Shown one piece after another: positions 30,081 to 32,000 of a DNA stretch of 32,000 nucleotides. Positions within the stretch are counted from its first letter, which is position 1. Every line of letters begins with the position of its first letter. The position numbers and the translations under genes were made by a program. Under the pieces are notes generated by a model that was not told the origin of the DNA, did not search any database, and saw only the letters and a list, made by a program, of their open reading frames with translations. This DNA is from Methanothermus fervidus DSM 2088 (lineage in GTDB: Archaea; Methanobacteriota; Methanobacteria; DSM-2088; Methanothermaceae), in the NCBI GenBank assembly GCA_000166095.1, contig CP002278.1, forward strand, positions 90,001-122,000. Direction: 5' to 3'.

Positions 30081-31567
30081 TTATTTTCACCTTTCTTCTG
30101 AATATGTGCAATATAGCTACCAATTGCTGCTGTAATAGCAGCCACTTTTTTTGGTGGTAAAAACGTTGAAACTTGTCTAGAAACTCTTTCACGATCTTTC
30201 TCTATTATCTTTTTCATTTCCTCTTCAATTCTCTTTTTATGTTGATCCACAAATTGCGTGTGTAATTCTCCTTTTACAAATAAAGGATCTACCATCATAG
30301 CTTTATGAAAGGGTATTGTTGTTTTAACACCGATTATTATGTATTCACTTAATGCTCTTCTCATCCTAACAATTGCTTCTTTTCGATTTCTACCCCACAC
30401 TATAAGTTTTGATATCATTGAATCATAAAAACTGGGTATTTCATAACCCATATAAACTCCACTATCAACTCTTACTCCAATTCCTCCAGGAGACCTATAA
30501 CCTGTTATTTTCCCAGGACATGGTTGAAAATCTGATAAAGGATCTTCTGCATTTATTCTGCATTCGATTGCATGACCATTAATTTTAACATCTTTTTGTG
30601 TTATATTCAATTCTTCTCCAGCAGCTATTTTTATTTGTTCTTTTACGATGTCAATTCCTGTAACGGCTTCAGTTACTGGATGTTCAACTTGTATTCTTGT
30701 ATTCATTTCAAGAAAATAAAAATTACCATCTGCATACAAAAACTCAAAGGTTCCTGCATTTGTATATCCAATTTCTTTTGTAGCATTGACAACCATAGAT
30801 CCTATTTTTTCCCTTAATTCTTTATTTACTATAGGGGATGGTGCCTCTTCTATCAATTTTTGATGTCTTCTCTGTATAGAGCATTCTCTATCTCCTAAAT
30901 GTATAGCATTCCCATGTTCATCTGCAAGTACTTGAAATTCAATATGTCTTGGTTTCTCAAAATATTTTTCAATGTAGACTCTAGAATCTCCAAATACAGA
31001 TTTTGCAAGAGATTTAGCAGACTCCATGGCTCTTTCCATTTCATCTTCTTCATATACTGTTCTCATTCCTACCCCGCCACCACCTGCAGCAGCTTTTATT
31101 ATCACAGGATACCCTATTTCATCTGCTATTTTTAAAGCTTTCTTTACGCTTTTCACACCTTTCTCAGTTCCAGGGATGGTAGGTACCCCAACTTTACTCA
31201 TTAATTTTTTTGCAGCTATTTTATCTCCCATAGTTTTCATTATTGATGCAGATGGACCAATAAATTTTATACCACGCTTTTCACATTCTTTTGGTAATTT
31301 AGGATTTTCAGCTAGAAAACCGTATCCTGGATGAATAGCGTCTGCACCTGCTTCTTCAGCTACAGAAACAATTTTTTCGACATTTAAATAACTTTGAGAT
31401 GGATGAGAACCACCTATATGATAAGCTTCATCTGCATAATTAGTGAAGAGAGCTTTTTTGTCTGCATCAGAATAAACAGCAACAGTGTTAATATCTAATT
31501 CTCTACAGGCTCTCATAACCCGTATGGCTATTTCTCCACGGTTTGCTACAAGTACTTTTTCGAACAT
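30077..31567 (-). CDS. pycA: Pyruvate carboxylase subunit A (biotin carboxylase subunit)
   Basis: [58 protein letters not shown] and [16 protein letters not shown]; adjacent to birA. Confidence 0.95.
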   Translation of the reverse strand: MFEKVLVANRGEIAIRVMRACRELDINTVAVYSDADKKALFTNYADEAYHIGGSHPSQSYLNVEKIVSVAEEAGADAIHPGYGFLAENPKLPKECEKRGIKFIGPSASIMKTMGDKIAAKKLMSKVGVPTIPGTEKGVKSVKKALKIADEIGYPVIIKAAAGGGGVGMRTVYEEDEMERAMESAKSLAKSVFGDSRVYIEKYFEKPRHIEFQVLADEHGNAIHLGDRECSIQRRHQKLIEEAPSPIVNKELREKIGSMVVNATKEIGYTNAGTFEFLYADGNFYFLEMNTRIQVEHPVTEAVTGIDIVKEQIKIAAGEELNITQKDVKINGHAIECRINAEDPLSDFQPCPGKITGYRSPGGIGVRVDSGVYMGYEIPSFYDSMISKLIVWGRNRKEAIVRMRRALSEYIIIGVKTTIPFHKAMMVDPLFVKGELHTQFVDQHKKRIEEEMKKIIEKDRERVSRQVSTFLPPKKVAAITAAIGSYIAHIQKKGENK

Positions 31568-31593
31568 GAGAATACATCCTCCTACCTCAAAAA

Positions 31594-31840
31594 CTATAAT
31601 GGAGTATTCCCCATGGAGCTTCCTGCTTCATCAAGAAAACTTACCTGAGACTATAAGAGCTGTCCCATCCCCTCAACAGTATTCTACATGCTAATATATA
31701 ATTTCTCTTATATATTAATCCTTTCGATGTTTCTCTTGGATTTACCTTCTTAATTATCCATCTAGAACCTTCTTTCCAAGCTCATGATTTCTAGCCATAT
31801 TTCTTATCCTTATCCTTAAATCTTCAACGCATAGGTATAT
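31594..31840 (-). pseudogene. tnpB: Decayed IS200/IS605-family tnpB remnant with internal stops and frameshifts
   Basis: Minus-strand fragments in shifted frames: IYLCVEDLRIRIRNMARNHELGKKVLDG*, then WIIKKVNPRETSKGLIYKRNYILACRILLRGWDSSYSLR*, then [13 protein letters not shown]. These match TnpB VEDL..xxMxxNHxLA, KVNPxxTS, NxAxxIL and the C-terminal EAGS. Confidence 0.75.
31599..31632 (-). ncRNA. TnpB-associated omega-RNA-like 3' tail (relic)
   Basis: GATGAAGCAGGAAGCTCC followed by hairpin ATGGGG-AATA-CTCCAT. Confidence 0.45.
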
Positions 31841-31970
31841 TCATGAAGAAAAGTAATGGATTGATATATAGTTTTCTTAATTTATAGAGTATTTTTGGAG
31901 AGGAAAAAGAAGGAGTAAGAGAGAGTTGTGTATATTTTTTTAGAATAAGTGTTAGTTTTGTACTTCATCT

Positions 31971-31978
31971 ATATAAAT
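31971..31978 (-). promoter_or_regulatory. Putative BRE/TATA (AAAAGTATTTATATAG) upstream of the tnpB relic and pycA
   Basis: Canonical-looking archaeal BRE/TATA on the minus strand, about 400 nt from pycA. Confidence 0.35.
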
Positions 31979-32000
31979 ACTTTTCTTATTTCATCCCTGA

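Overview
The window is a dense, AT-rich euryarchaeal chromosome segment. The tfrA homologue, pycA-birA, trpEGCFBAD with a divergent trpY-like gene, alba and reverse gyrase together suggest a hyperthermophilic member of the Methanobacteriales (a Methanothermus-like organism; this is inference). Most of it is core metabolism and information processing: pyrimidine and tryptophan synthesis, deoxyhypusine synthase, adenylate kinase, tRNA-Ile(GAU), an XPD/Rad3-type helicase split by a frameshift, Alba, reverse gyrase, HypD, PdxT, Lhr-type helicase plus metallophosphoesterase, TrmO-like protein, NYN-domain protein, SelA-like PLP protein, RtcA, BirA and PycA. The most notable items are not in the supplied ORF track. 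(1) Four candidate C/D box sRNAs with regular C/D'/C'/D architecture: two in tandem in the tfrA-pyrF intergenic region, one antisense-oriented just past the reverse gyrase stop, and one abutting a small RHH-like gene. (2) A decayed IS200/IS605-type tnpB with a tnpB-3'-end/omega-RNA-like tail directly upstream of pycA. (3) A trpE ORF whose homologous N-terminus has no ATG/GTG/TTG start near a strong Shine-Dalgarno. (4) A perfect 16-bp palindrome in the trpE/trpY divergent promoter. (5) Promoters nested in neighbouring genes and apparent leaderless starts. No CRISPR array, provirus or clear new defence system was found.
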